From an uncultured delta proteobacterium (GTDB taxonomy: Bacteria; Myxococcota_A; Polyangia; Polyangiales; Polyangiaceae): a stretch of 64,000 nt of DNA. Made by a program: the position numbers and the translations under genes. Where the stretch lies: positions 896,001 to 960,000 of the forward strand of contig CAWAIF010000003.1 in assembly GCA_963782055.1 (NCBI GenBank), read 5' to 3'. Under the pieces are notes generated by a model. The model saw only the letters and a list, made by a program, of their open reading frames with translations, had not been told where the DNA came from and ran no database searches. Shown here one piece after another: positions 40,299 through 50,538 of the stretch; position 1 is the stretch's first letter, and every line of letters starts with the position of its first letter.

Positions 40299-42158
40299 TC
40301 AGTTGGGGATGCAGCCCAGGCCATCGGTGCACTGGCCGTTGCAGCACACCAGGTTGTCGCAGCACACCGTGTTGCCGTTGCAGGTGTCGTTGAGCTGGCC
40401 GCACGGGCCGCCGTCCTGCGGGGGAGGAGGCGCGATCGACTCCACCCACTGCGCCGAGTGGTTGTGGCTGTTCACGTCCTGGAAGGGGAGCCAGAAGGCG
40501 GGGAAGGAGCGGTCGCCGGAGTCCAGCGCCGTGCCGTCGTCCACCAGCACCGCGGCCATCCAGATCTGCGGCTGCGCGCAGTTCTCGTAGGTGGTGTTCT
40601 GCTTGGAGAGGGGCTGCGGCTGGTCGTACGTCGGACCCTCCGGCGGGTAGCAGTTGTCGAAGCCCTTGTTGCCGAGGTGCAGCCCGTAGTCGCGGTTGGA
40701 GGAGAAGGTCACCCAGAGCAGCTTGTGGCCCTTGTACTCCTGCACGAAGGGGCTCCAGCGCGGCCAGGAGTTGGTGAGATCGCCCTGGCCGTTGAGCGCG
40801 GGCAGGTCGATGGGCGTCGGGTTGTTGCCCGCCGGGTAGTGCAGCAGCTTCACGCGCGCGCCGCGGTTGTAGAAGGCGTCGTCGTTGGTCGTCGCCGTGT
40901 TGCCGGGCTGCGGCGCCTGGTCGAAGACGACGAAGGTGCCGTTGGGCGAGAAGGCGGGGTAGTAGTCGTTGTTGCTGCCCGCATCGAGCAGGAGCTGGGG
41001 CGCGCCCATGGCGTTGGTGGAGGCGTCGAAGGTGGCGGAGTACAGCGAGCCGCCGGTGAAGTGGTGGTCGCCGGCCTTCTCGATGGTGCCCGCGGCGGGC
41101 ACGACGAAGACGAGCTGCGAGTCGTCGCGCGAGAGATCGGGCTGGGTCCCCAGCATGCCGCTGGGGAAGGCGTCGGTGGCGAGGAGCGTCTTGCCGTCCC
41201 CGTCGAAGACCTGGAACGACTTGTTCATCCCGGTCTTGAAGGTGCTGGCGATCATCTTGGAGTGGTCGTGGGTGAAGGTCTGGAAGCCCGGTGACAGGCT
41301 CTTGCCGCCGCCGGTCACCACCTTCGCCGGCACCGTGAGGACCTGGGTCTTGACGTCGCCGAACTCGTCGTCGCCGTCCGGATCGTCGGTGGCGAGCGCC
41401 ATGCGCTGCCCGTCGCGCGAGAGGTTGTGGCAGCCGACGCACGTGCCGGTGGAGCCGGCGGTGAAGAAGGGCGTGGGCGTCGGGTCGAAGGTGCCGAAGT
41501 CGTGGCTGTAGATGCCGCCGGTCTTGCCGCCGATGCCGCCGTACACGGCGGACTGCCAGTAGTAGATGCCGCCGGCGAGGTCCTCCTTGGCGAAGCTGAT
41601 GTCCACCTTGGTCTGCGACGTGGAGACGCAGGACCCGTCGACGGTCGCGCGGACGGTCACGGTGACCGGGTCGCCCTCGCGGTTGGTGTTGGCGATGTCG
41701 TTCCAGGCGCCCTGCGGGAGCGTGACGCCGCAGCCGCGGCTCGCGCCGCCGCGCACGTCGGGGACGGGGGCGCACGTCGTCTCGACGCGCACGTCGGTGA
41801 CGCCGTTCTCGAAGTCCACCTCGTAGAGGGTCGCGGTCTGCGGAGGGACGAACTGCACCTCCAGGACGTTCATGTTGGGCGGGAGCAGGATGCCGTCGAG
41901 CGGGTAGGCGACGGTCGCGGGGCCGAGCACCTTCGGGTCGCACTCCGGCGCGGGCAGCGGCGGGAAGTCGGCGCAGCCCGTGCAGGGGTAGTCGGTGTGG
42001 ACCTTGCCGTCGCCGTCGGGGGAGATGCCGTCGGTCGTCCCGTCGGCGCCGCCGTCGGTCAGCTGGTCCGACCCCCCGCTGTCGCCGCAATGAACCAGCA
42101 TCGCCCCGCCCAGACCCAGGGTGATCGCGAGCGCCACGCCGCCGTGCGACTTCAACAT
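40299..42158 (-). CDS. Secreted TolB-like beta-propeller (PD40) lipoprotein
   Basis: Signal peptide/lipobox; YYPAFSPNG, NSWPRWSP, WVTFSSNRDYG, PAFWLPFQD. Confidence 0.8.
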   Translation of the reverse strand: MLKSHGGVALAITLGLGGAMLVHCGDSGGSDQLTDGGADGTTDGISPDGDGKVHTDYPCTGCADFPPLPAPECDPKVLGPATVAYPLDGILLPPNMNVLEVQFVPPQTATLYEVDFENGVTDVRVETTCAPVPDVRGGASRGCGVTLPQGAWNDIANTNREGDPVTVTVRATVDGSCVSTSQTKVDISFAKEDLAGGIYYWQSAVYGGIGGKTGGIYSHDFGTFDPTPTPFFTAGSTGTCVGCHNLSRDGQRMALATDDPDGDDEFGDVKTQVLTVPAKVVTGGGKSLSPGFQTFTHDHSKMIASTFKTGMNKSFQVFDGDGKTLLATDAFPSGMLGTQPDLSRDDSQLVFVVPAAGTIEKAGDHHFTGGSLYSATFDASTNAMGAPQLLLDAGSNNDYYPAFSPNGTFVVFDQAPQPGNTATTNDDAFYNRGARVKLLHYPAGNNPTPIDLPALNGQGDLTNSWPRWSPFVQEYKGHKLLWVTFSSNRDYGLHLGNKGFDNCYPPEGPTYDQPQPLSKQNTTYENCAQPQIWMAAVLVDDGTALDSGDRSFPAFWLPFQDVNSHNHSAQWVESIAPPPPQDGGPCGQLNDTCNGNTVCCDNLVCCNGQCTDGLGCIPN

Positions 42159-42174
42159 GCCGTCCTCCCTTCCT

Positions 42175-43425
42175 TCAGTGAATGAGCGGCGCGCACCGCA
42201 GCGCGCCCGCGAGCCAGAGGCAATCCGAGGTGCCGGAGCAGCAGTCCGCGCGTGCGCTGCACGCCGCGCCGTCCGGCACGCACGCGGTGGAGCACGCGAA
42301 GCCCTGCGACGCGGGCGGGCAGCGCCCGTCGCAGCAGTCGTGGGCGAAGGCGCAGGACGCGCCCTGCGAGGCGCACGACGCACCCGGCGTGCAGCGTCGC
42401 GCGCCGAGGCTCCCGGGGTCCGGCGTGCACTTGGCGGGGCCTCCTGCGGAGCAGCACTGCCCATCGGCGGAGCAGATCTCCCCGGCGCCGTCGCACGAGC
42501 TGGAGGGCTGACACCGCTTCACCCCTGCCGAGTCCGCCGCGCAGGCGCCGGAGCAGCAGTCCGCCCCGTCGGAGCACGGCTCGCACGCGGGGCGGCACCC
42601 GCCGATGGGCGCGCAGCGCCTCGTGCCGTCGCCCGTCGGAACGCACCGCCGCGAGCAGCAGTCGCCGTCCCCCTTGCACACGTCGTCCACCACGCGCGAG
42701 CACGGCTTGCCGTCCCCGGCGGTGCAAGCCGCCGACCCGTTGCAGTGGCCCACGCCGTGCGAGTCCTTCGTGCAGTCGCTCGAGCAGCAGTCGGCGGGCG
42801 CGGTGCACACCTCGCCCGTGGCGCGGCACCCCTGCAGCAGCACGCAGCGAAGCTGCTCGTCGCTCGCCGTCGCGCAGACGCCGCCGCAGCACTCCGGGTC
42901 GCCCTTGCAGAGCTCGCCCGCCGGAGAGCAGGTCGCGGAGGTCTTGGCGCACTTGCCCGCCTGGCAGTCGCCGGAGCAGCAGTCCTCGCCGCCGGCGCAC
43001 GACTCGCCCGACGACGCGCAGAGCGGCGACTCGGCGCACGCGCGGGCGGGGGGACCGGCGTCGGTCGGCGCGCACCCGAGCGAGCAGCACGCCCCGGCGA
43101 AGCCGCAGGCGGTCCCGACGCCGAGACACCCCGTCGTGGGACGGCAGGTAAGGCGCGCGGTGGTGTCGAGGCCGCAGAGGCCGGAGCAGCACTCCTGCGA
43201 GGCGGTGCACGAGGCACCCTGCGCCGACAGCGCGCACCCGGAGTCCGGGGAGGCGTCCGCACCGCCCTCGACGGGCGCCGCCGGCGCGTCGGCCGACCCG
43301 TCCTGCGGGGCGGGGGAGAGCACCTCCAGCGACGAGGGCTCGCAGGCGCCGACGAGGGCGATGGTCAGGACGCTGCACCACAGCAAGGTACCGCGCCACC
43401 CGGCGAGAGTGTCACGTCCCTTCAA
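42175..43425 (-). CDS. Cys-rich repeat secreted protein
   Basis: Many C...G..C....DCCSG.C repeats; lipobox VGAC; TTGA overlap with the upstream gene. Confidence 0.75.
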   Translation of the reverse strand: MKGRDTLAGWRGTLLWCSVLTIALVGACEPSSLEVLSPAPQDGSADAPAAPVEGGADASPDSGCALSAQGASCTASQECCSGLCGLDTTARLTCRPTTGCLGVGTACGFAGACCSLGCAPTDAGPPARACAESPLCASSGESCAGGEDCCSGDCQAGKCAKTSATCSPAGELCKGDPECCGGVCATASDEQLRCVLLQGCRATGEVCTAPADCCSSDCTKDSHGVGHCNGSAACTAGDGKPCSRVVDDVCKGDGDCCSRRCVPTGDGTRRCAPIGGCRPACEPCSDGADCCSGACAADSAGVKRCQPSSSCDGAGEICSADGQCCSAGGPAKCTPDPGSLGARRCTPGASCASQGASCAFAHDCCDGRCPPASQGFACSTACVPDGAACSARADCCSGTSDCLWLAGALRCAPLIH

Positions 43426-44429
43426 AAGGTCCCCCAGAGGCCGAGCGACGCGGCGAGACCCGCGTCGGCGATGCCGCCGATGTAGGCGGCCCCGTCGGTG
43501 ATGCGGACGGGATGGAGGGGCAGCGCCGCCTCGGCTTCGGCCACGAGCCGCAGGTCGGACCCGAGCCGCAGCCAGCCGCCCAGCCCTCCATCCAGCAGGA
43601 CCGCGACGTCGCCGCGCGAGTAGCCCGTCGCCCCGGCGAGGGCCGTCCCGGAGTACTGGACCGCCAGCAGGGCGAGATGGGCCTGCAAATCCAGGCCGGC
43701 GCGCAGGGTCGGCGGCGTGAGCGTCAGGGCGGCGCCGAGCTTGCCGGCGAAGGCCTGCGCGGCCACGTCCCCGTCCGGCGCGTGGAGGGTCGCGGCTCCT
43801 CGCAGCCCGATCCGGGCGTCCAGCGCCAGGCGCGGCACCACCCACAGCCGCGCGTCGGCGTCGGCGCCGAGCAAGGTCGTGCCGGCGCCGAAGGCGTCGA
43901 CGGCGAAGGCGGCGCCGAGCGCCGCGCGTGGCGTGGTCGGTCGCCCGAGCGACGCATCCACCGAGCGACGTATCTCGACGGGGACCGGCCTGGCTGGCGG
44001 CGGCGCGGTGCGCAGCGCCAGCTCCGCCCAGCTCGCGCGGAGCAGCTCGTCCGCCGCGAGCGCGATGGTGAGGGGCCGGCCGTCGGGCGGCACGGTGTCC
44101 AGGGCGACGTCGCGTCGCACCGACTTGGCCGTCACCGCGTCGTGCACCTCCACGTTCACCAGCGCCGCCGTCTCGCCCACGCGCACGTCGACCGTCGCGA
44201 TCGCGGGCGTCGCGCCCGGCTGGGCGTCCTCGCAGAGCGCGATGTGCCGCGACGCGAGCTCGGCGCGCAGCAACCCGAGCACCTTCGCCGAGTCACTCTG
44301 CGCTCGCCCCTGCACCACCAGCCGCACCCACGGTGCTCCCGGCGGCGGGCACGCATCGTCCGCGGCGCACGGCGCGGCGTGAGCGATCCCCACGAGCAAC
44401 GCGGCGATGCCCGCGCGTCTCGCCGTCAT
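43422..44429 (-). CDS. Secreted hypothetical protein with C-terminal beta-barrel-like region
   Basis: Signal peptide; ends LGLWGTF; ATGA overlap with the FecR gene. Confidence 0.65.
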   Translation of the reverse strand: MTARRAGIAALLVGIAHAAPCAADDACPPPGAPWVRLVVQGRAQSDSAKVLGLLRAELASRHIALCEDAQPGATPAIATVDVRVGETAALVNVEVHDAVTAKSVRRDVALDTVPPDGRPLTIALAADELLRASWAELALRTAPPPARPVPVEIRRSVDASLGRPTTPRAALGAAFAVDAFGAGTTLLGADADARLWVVPRLALDARIGLRGAATLHAPDGDVAAQAFAGKLGAALTLTPPTLRAGLDLQAHLALLAVQYSGTALAGATGYSRGDVAVLLDGGLGGWLRLGSDLRLVAEAEAALPLHPVRITDGAAYIGGIADAGLAASLGLWGTF

Positions 44430-45472
44430 GGCGCGCAGCGGGCACCCACCTCCGCCGCGTGGACGCCCGACGGGTAGCGCGAGAGGTAGTTGTCCCGCGC
44501 CTCCGAGCAGCGCGGGTCGTGGGTGCGGTCGAGCGCCTGCACCCTGCGCGCCTCCGCGTCCTCCCGGAAGGGCGCCGCAGGCGAGAGGGCGATCGCGTCG
44601 TCGAAGGCCTCCACGGCGCCGCGCGGGTCGCCGAGGGCATCCAGTCGCAGCCGTCCGAGCTCGAAGGCCGCGAGCCCGGCGCGCGCATCGTGACGGTGGT
44701 GCTTGCGCAGGGTGTCCAGCGCGGCCGCCGCCTCGGCAGGTCGGTTCGCCATGCGCGCGGTGTCGGCCTTCTGGAGGAGGGCCTTCGCGCTCGGCACCGA
44801 GGCGCGCGGCGCGACGGTGGGCACCGGCGCCTCGCTCGCGGTGGCGCTCGTCGTCGCGCTCTCGCGCGGCGCGGTCGCGGCGGGCACCGGTGAAGGCACC
44901 GAGCTCCAGGACTCCCCACCCACCACCAGGCGCACCGGGAGCACGCCACGCCGGTCGCGCACCTCCACGCGCCCCAGCGCGACCTCCACGCGGACGGACT
45001 CCGGCCCCGGCGCCGGCGCGTACGCCACGGTGAACTCCGTCCCCACGTCCACCACGTCGAACCGTCCGGCGTGCACGACGAAGGGGCGGCCGGGTACGTG
45101 GGTCACCGTGAGGTGGGCCTCTCCCCGCTCCAGCGTGACCTCCACCCCACCCTCGTCGAAGCGCTCCAGCCGCACCTTCGCGCCCGCACCCAGCGTGATG
45201 TGCGAGCCGTCGGCGAGCGTCATGGCCCCGTCGCGATCGTACTCCACCGCGTGCGCCGCGGCGGCCGGCGGCGCCGGCGCGCGGTGCAGAGGAACGACCG
45301 CGACGACGCCGGCCGCCGCCACCGCGGCCGCCAGCCCCACCGCCGGCCATCGCCATCGCCAGGGAGGGCGCGCGCCGCGCGCGTCCACGCCGTTCCATAG
45401 CCGCTCGACGCGCGCGGAGTCGACGCGGGTGGGGACGAAGCGCTCGAGCTTCCGGGGATCCGAGAGAGTCAT
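44426..45472 (-). CDS. FecR-domain anti-sigma factor with C-terminal TPR
   Basis: TM segment, then LADGSHITL, LERGEA, VVDVGTEF; C-terminal YLSRYPSG. Confidence 0.85.
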   Translation of the reverse strand: MTLSDPRKLERFVPTRVDSARVERLWNGVDARGARPPWRWRWPAVGLAAAVAAAGVVAVVPLHRAPAPPAAAAHAVEYDRDGAMTLADGSHITLGAGAKVRLERFDEGGVEVTLERGEAHLTVTHVPGRPFVVHAGRFDVVDVGTEFTVAYAPAPGPESVRVEVALGRVEVRDRRGVLPVRLVVGGESWSSVPSPVPAATAPRESATTSATASEAPVPTVAPRASVPSAKALLQKADTARMANRPAEAAAALDTLRKHHRHDARAGLAAFELGRLRLDALGDPRGAVEAFDDAIALSPAAPFREDAEARRVQALDRTHDPRCSEARDNYLSRYPSGVHAAEVGARCAP

Positions 45473-46077
45473 GGCTTCCTCCGGGGGGAAGGTTCTTCCA
45501 GGGCGGCGGCGAGCAGGGTGTCCGCCTGCGCGGCGAGGCGCTTGGCGGTGGAGAGCGAGACGCGGAGCATGGCGGCGACCTCCTCGTGACCGAGACCGTC
45601 CACGCGGCGGAGCACGAGCACCATCCGCACCCTCGCCGGGAGCCGCTCGATCAGCCCGTAGACGCCGACGAGCTCGGCGCGGACGTCGGGCGGCGCGTCG
45701 CGCCCGACGAGCGCCTCGACGTCCAGGGCGTCGCGCTGCCTGCCGAGGCCGAAGCGGCGCATCAGCGCGCGCCTGCGCAGCATCTTGTGCGACGTGCGCA
45801 CCACGATCCGCTTGATCCAGAGCGCGAAGGCCTGCGGATCGTCCAGTCGTTGCAGCGACGCGAGCGCCTGGGCGAAGGCCTCCTGCGCGAGATCGTCCGC
45901 CTCGTCGTCGCGCCCCAGCAACCGATGGGCGAGCCCGATGACCGTGCTCGCGTAGCGGCGGCAAAGCGCCTCGCGCGCCCACGCCTCCCCGGCGCGCGCG
46001 GCGACCACCAGCGCGGCGTCGGAGGGGCCCGCCCCGCTGCGGGTGGGGGAGTCGGAGGGGGTGGGAAGGGCACCCAT
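45469..46077 (-). CDS. ECF RNA polymerase sigma factor
   Basis: DAALVVAARAG, ADDLAQEAF, W...I.VR, GLGHEEVAAML.VS.ST.KR. Confidence 0.92.
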   Translation of the reverse strand: MGALPTPSDSPTRSGAGPSDAALVVAARAGEAWAREALCRRYASTVIGLAHRLLGRDDEADDLAQEAFAQALASLQRLDDPQAFALWIKRIVVRTSHKMLRRRALMRRFGLGRQRDALDVEALVGRDAPPDVRAELVGVYGLIERLPARVRMVLVLRRVDGLGHEEVAAMLRVSLSTAKRLAAQADTLLAAALEEPSPRRKP

Positions 46078-46111
46078 CGTCTCCAAGGTACCGCGAGTCC
46101 CGCCTGGCGGC

Positions 46112-47392
46112 TCAGCGTCCGGGGGCATCTTCGCGCGATCCCGCGGCGCCCTCGAGCGCCCGAGGCAGTCGGACCACGAAGGTGGACCCGCCGCCCACGC
46201 GGTGCTCGACGGTCACGGTGCCGTCGGCCTGCTCGACGATGCGCTGGACCGTGGCCAGGCCCATGCCGGTGCCCTGGCCGTCGCTCTTGTGGCTGTAGAA
46301 GGGCTCGAAGATCCGGTCCCTCTCGTCCTCCGGGATGCCCGGGCCCTCGTCGGATACGCTCAGCGCGACGAAGGGCACGCGGTCCACGTCGCGCGGGCCG
46401 ATCTCGATGGCCACCGTGCCCCCCGCGGGGGTGACGTCGCGGGCGTTGAGCGCCAGGTTGAGCAGCACCTGCTCCAGCTGGCTGCGGTCCACCCGCACCG
46501 GCAACGGCTCGTCCGACACGGTGATCGTCACGTGCGCCCCGTCGTGCGAGAGCGTCTCGAGCACCGGCGTCATCGCGCGGAGCACCTCCCCCGCGTCGAC
46601 GATCACGCCCTGGTCCGGCTGGTGCCGGGCGAACGCCATGAGCTGCGCGATGAGCCGCTTGCCGACCTCCGAGACCTGCAGCAGCCCCTCCGCCTGCTCG
46701 CGCAGCTCCGGCGTCACCGTCTCGGCATGGCGGAAGAGATCCGCCGTGAGCATGGCCGCCGCCAGCACGCCGTTGAAGTCGTGGGCGACGCCGGCGGCGA
46801 GGCGGCCGAGCGCCTCCATGCGGTCGGCGCGCGCACGCCGGGCCTGCTCGGCGCGCAGGTTCTCCTCGGCGGCGAGCCGGCCCGCCTGCTCGAAGAGCGC
46901 GGTCAGCATGTCGGAGACCGATCCCGCGAACTCCATGTCGCGCTCCGACCACTCCCGCTTCGACCCGACGTGCTCGTGGCACACGACCCCTGCCACGCGG
47001 CCGCTGCGGTACAGCGGCGCGTCCAGCATGCTCGTGATGCCGTGCGGCACGAGGTAGTGCTCCTCGAGCTCGCGCGTGCGCGCGTCCACGTGGACGTCGG
47101 CGGCCGCCACGAACTTCCGCGAGTGCAGCGCGGCGAGGTAGCGCGGCCAGCGCGTGACGTCGAGGACCTGCCCCGCGGTGAGCGACTCGGTGCGCGCGTC
47201 GTAGAGCGCCAGGCACCGCAGCGTGGTCTCGTCGCTGTCGAAGAGCCACACGCTGACGCGCGCGACCTCCAGCGTCTGCGAGCTCACCACCACTGCGCGC
47301 TCCACGGCGCGCATCAGCTCACCGGAGGCGGCGAGGCCCGTGCGTGCGAGGACGAGGCGGCTGGCCTCGAAGGTGGTCGGCGTCTCCCCCAT
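46112..47392 (-). CDS. GAF sensor histidine kinase
   Basis: GITSMLDAP, AGVAHDFN, NLALNARD, D.GPGI, FEPFYS, GTGMGL. Confidence 0.92.
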   Translation of the reverse strand: MGETPTTFEASRLVLARTGLAASGELMRAVERAVVVSSQTLEVARVSVWLFDSDETTLRCLALYDARTESLTAGQVLDVTRWPRYLAALHSRKFVAAADVHVDARTRELEEHYLVPHGITSMLDAPLYRSGRVAGVVCHEHVGSKREWSERDMEFAGSVSDMLTALFEQAGRLAAEENLRAEQARRARADRMEALGRLAAGVAHDFNGVLAAAMLTADLFRHAETVTPELREQAEGLLQVSEVGKRLIAQLMAFARHQPDQGVIVDAGEVLRAMTPVLETLSHDGAHVTITVSDEPLPVRVDRSQLEQVLLNLALNARDVTPAGGTVAIEIGPRDVDRVPFVALSVSDEGPGIPEDERDRIFEPFYSHKSDGQGTGMGLATVQRIVEQADGTVTVEHRVGGGSTFVVRLPRALEGAAGSREDAPGR

Positions 47393-48923
47393 GCTCCGAG
47401 CGTAGCCCGAGATGGCGGCGCTCGCTCAGCCGGAATCCGGCGGGTGGCTCCGGCGGTGGCTCCGCTTGCCCCAGTGGAAACAGACCGAGCGATTGGAGGC
47501 GAAGGTCGATGGGCTTCTCCTCCAGGGCCTTCTCCAGCGCCTCTGCCTGGACCGGCTCCCACGGCTTGGCCTCGAGCAGCGAGGTCTCCAGCGGCACGAA
47601 GGCGGTCTCGCTCACCGCGACCGAGTGGGCCTCCGGCGTGACGAAGAGCACCTGACCGGTCGGCGCACCGAGCGCGCGAAAGAGCACCTCCGGCGCGACG
47701 GCGGGGGTGACCTCGTAGCCCGCAGGGATGTAGAGCCCCGGGTGAAGCTCCACAAAAAAAGTGCCGAGGGGGATGGCCTCGATGCCCGTCGGTGATCGCA
47801 GGAAGGCCCCGCGCGAGGTGAGCGCGATGGTGGTCCGGTCCACCGTCTGCCGCGGCAGGGAGTACGCGAGGCGTCGCAGCAGCGGCACCTCCTCCGGACG
47901 GAGCCACGTGGCGGTGACGTTCTTCCAGGGCGCGCCGGAGGGCATGACCCGCAGCGGGACGCGCACCGGCTCCGGCTTGTGCGAGTCGGAGGCGATGGCC
48001 TCCCCGCCTTCCTCGGCGCGCAGCTCGACGCGCGCGAAGGCGCGCAGGTCGCCCAGCATGGGCATCTTGTCGAGCACCCAGGGCTCGTCGCCGCGACCGC
48101 GGATGAGCACCAGGCCGCCGGGGTCGAACACCGGGCACGCGCGCAGCATCACCGGGTGGCGGTAGCCGATCTCCACCGCCACGCCCGGACCGGCGGGGAG
48201 GAAGGTCGTCAGGCCGGGCGTCGCGCCCATGAGCGGGCGCATGCGCGGCGGCAGCTCCGGCACGCGCATGACGTAGCGTCGCACCGGGCCCTCGTCGAAG
48301 GCGCTCGCCGGCGGCCACTCGCCCACCGCCACCTCGCCGTCCACGCGCGAGCGCACGAAGTAGTGGATGAGCGCCGGCCCCAGGCCCTGCTCGGCGACGA
48401 TGAAGCGCGTGCCGTTCTCGTCGGCCGTGGATGGGTCCACGTGCGGCATCAGGCGCAGCAGCAGCGCGCGCAGGTCGATGGGCTTGTCCACGTCGTAGGC
48501 CTGCGTGAACTTGTCGTGGTAGAGGACGACCGACGCCTCGCTCGGCAGGAGCTGCTGCGCGTCGTAGCCGAAGGGGGCGCCTGCGTCGCGGTACTGCACG
48601 AAGTGGCGGCTCGTGCCGGTGAAGGTGAAGCCGCCGACGAGGCGTGCCGTCTCCGCCATGCGGTCCATGCGATCGCTCGACTCCGCCGCGAAGGACAGGA
48701 GCAGCTCGCGCGTGCCCAGCTTGCTGCGCAGCACCTGGATCTCCAGGCTGGGCATCAGGTCCTCCAGCGAGTGCTCGCGCGTGTACACGCTGAGCAGCGC
48801 GACGAGCCTGTCGATGGAGGGCAAGAGGATGGTGCCCTTCGCGCCGAGCGCCACGCCCTTGCCGTCCAGGCCGAGGCCCGGCGTGCGCAGTCGGGTCTGG
48901 TGGAGGGCGATGCGGTCGAGCAC
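47319..48923 (-). CDS. Conserved hypothetical protein; the true stop may be ~47426 if one C is spurious
   Basis: 534 aa ORF with typical high-GC codon usage; its tail overlaps the next gene. Confidence 0.7.
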   Translation of the reverse strand: MLDRIALHQTRLRTPGLGLDGKGVALGAKGTILLPSIDRLVALLSVYTREHSLEDLMPSLEIQVLRSKLGTRELLLSFAAESSDRMDRMAETARLVGGFTFTGTSRHFVQYRDAGAPFGYDAQQLLPSEASVVLYHDKFTQAYDVDKPIDLRALLLRLMPHVDPSTADENGTRFIVAEQGLGPALIHYFVRSRVDGEVAVGEWPPASAFDEGPVRRYVMRVPELPPRMRPLMGATPGLTTFLPAGPGVAVEIGYRHPVMLRACPVFDPGGLVLIRGRGDEPWVLDKMPMLGDLRAFARVELRAEEGGEAIASDSHKPEPVRVPLRVMPSGAPWKNVTATWLRPEEVPLLRRLAYSLPRQTVDRTTIALTSRGAFLRSPTGIEAIPLGTFFVELHPGLYIPAGYEVTPAVAPEVLFRALGAPTGQVLFVTPEAHSVAVSETAFVPLETSLLEAKPWEPVQAEALEKALEEKPIDLRLQSLGLFPLGQAEPPPEPPAGFRLSERRHLGLRSEHGGDADHLRGQPPRPRTHGPRRLR

Positions 48924-48935
48924 GGGAGAGCAAGC

Positions 48936-49673
48936 CTACCAAGCCCCGAGGAGCACGGCGACCGCCCCGAGCACCGCCGCGGGGACCGTCTCGGTGCGGA
49001 GCACCGGCGCGTCGATCGCGCAGGCGCGGAAGCCGTGCGCCTCGGCCGTCCGGAGCTCGTCGTCGGAGAGTCCCCCCTCCGGTCCAGCGGCGAACACGAG
49101 CGCCTCGTCCGCAGACGCGCCGCGCAGCACCTCGCCGAGGCGCGCCTGCGCGGTGGGGTGGAGGCACACGCGCACCCCCTCCGGCGCGCGCCCCAGCGCG
49201 CCCTCCCACGACGCGGCGAGCGCGATCCGCGGCGCCTCCTCCCGGCCGCACTGCCGCGCCGCCTCCGCCGCCACCTTCTCCCAGCGGCGCAGGCGCGCGG
49301 CACCGCGCTCGCCCGCCAGGCGCGTCACGCTCCGCTCGGCGGGCGCGAAGACGATGTCCGTCGCCCCGAGCTCGGTCGCGTCGCGCGTGATGGCGTCGCT
49401 CTTGTCGCCGCGGGGCAGCCCGTGGATCCACACCACGGCGCGCCGGGCGCCGCGCCTGGCCGCGCGCGGAGGTCCGACACGCACCGTCGCGCGCCCGCTC
49501 GCGACGCGCTCGATGGTCGCGTCGGCGGCGACGCCCGCCCGGCCGTCGAAGAGCAGGAGCGCGTCGCCCGCGCGCCGCCGGTGCACGCTCACCACGTACC
49601 GCGAGGCCTCCTCCGGCAGCGTGACCAGGCCTTCGGCGATCGGCGAGAGCGGGACCCGCAGCGGTCCCTTCAT
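48936..49673 (-). CDS. rsmE: 16S rRNA m3U1498 methyltransferase
   Basis: ATELG, EAARQCGR, GPEGG, VLRTET. Confidence 0.92.
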   Translation of the reverse strand: MKGPLRVPLSPIAEGLVTLPEEASRYVVSVHRRRAGDALLLFDGRAGVAADATIERVASGRATVRVGPPRAARRGARRAVVWIHGLPRGDKSDAITRDATELGATDIVFAPAERSVTRLAGERGAARLRRWEKVAAEAARQCGREEAPRIALAASWEGALGRAPEGVRVCLHPTAQARLGEVLRGASADEALVFAAGPEGGLSDDELRTAEAHGFRACAIDAPVLRTETVPAAVLGAVAVLLGAW

Positions 49674-50538
49674 GCGCGCGCGCGATACGCGAGGCCGATC
49701 CACTCCCCGTGCTCGATCGCGCGGACGGGCAGCCCGAAGGCCGCGATGACGTCCTCGCGACGCGAAGAGAGGATCCCCGAGAGGACCATGAGCCCGCCGG
49801 GGGCGAGGCGCTTGGAGAGGTCCTTCTTCAATCCGATGAGCGCATCGGCCTCGATGTTGGCCACCACGACCTGGAACTGGTCCGCCACGCGCTTGAGCGG
49901 CGTCGTCTCGAAGCGTGTCTTGCGCTGCATCCTGTTGCGCGCGGCGTTCTGCCGGGCGACCTCGATGGCGTCGGCGTCCACGTCGATACCGAGGGCGTCC
50001 TTGCCGCCGAGCGCCAGCCCCACCAGCGAGAGGATCCCGCTGCCGGTGCCCACGTCCAGGATGTGCGCGCCCTTCAGGTCGGCCGGCTGCGAGGCCAGGA
50101 TGCGCGCCACCAGCGCGGTCGTCTCGTGCAGGCCGGTGCCGAAGGCGCGGCCGGGCTCCAGCTCCAGCACGTGATCGCCGTCGGGGGGGAGAGCTTCTCC
50201 CACGGCGGGCGGATCCACAGACCCGGGCACAGGCGGAAGGGACGGAAGTGCTCCTTCCACGCGTCGCGCCACTCGTCGCCCACCAGCTCCTCGATGCGGC
50301 CGCCCACCGACTTGGGGAGCTGCGCCAGCGCCTGCTTCGCCAGCTCCTCGGTCGGGAAGCTCCCGACGACGGTGACGCGGCCCGTCTTGCCGCGGACCAG
50401 CGTCGTCTCGTCGCGTACCTCCACGCCCTGGGCGCCGACGTCGAAGAAGCGCACGCCGAAGTCCTCGGCGCGCTCGGGCGGCACGTCGGCCGCGACGAAG
50501 TAATAGCGTGGAGTCTTCTTGGCCGCCCTCGTCGTCAC
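49670..50538 (-). CDS. prmA: Ribosomal protein L11 methyltransferase, frameshift at the G7 run 50183-50189
   Basis: WRDAWKEHFRP...IRPPWE in one frame; LEPGRAFGTGLHETT, LDVGTGSGIL, VVANI and LSGIL in another. Confidence 0.9.

Noticed and set aside
50183..50189. Phase variation of prmA at a G7 run
   Set aside because: A single-base homopolymer sequencing error is more likely; it cannot be distinguished without reads.
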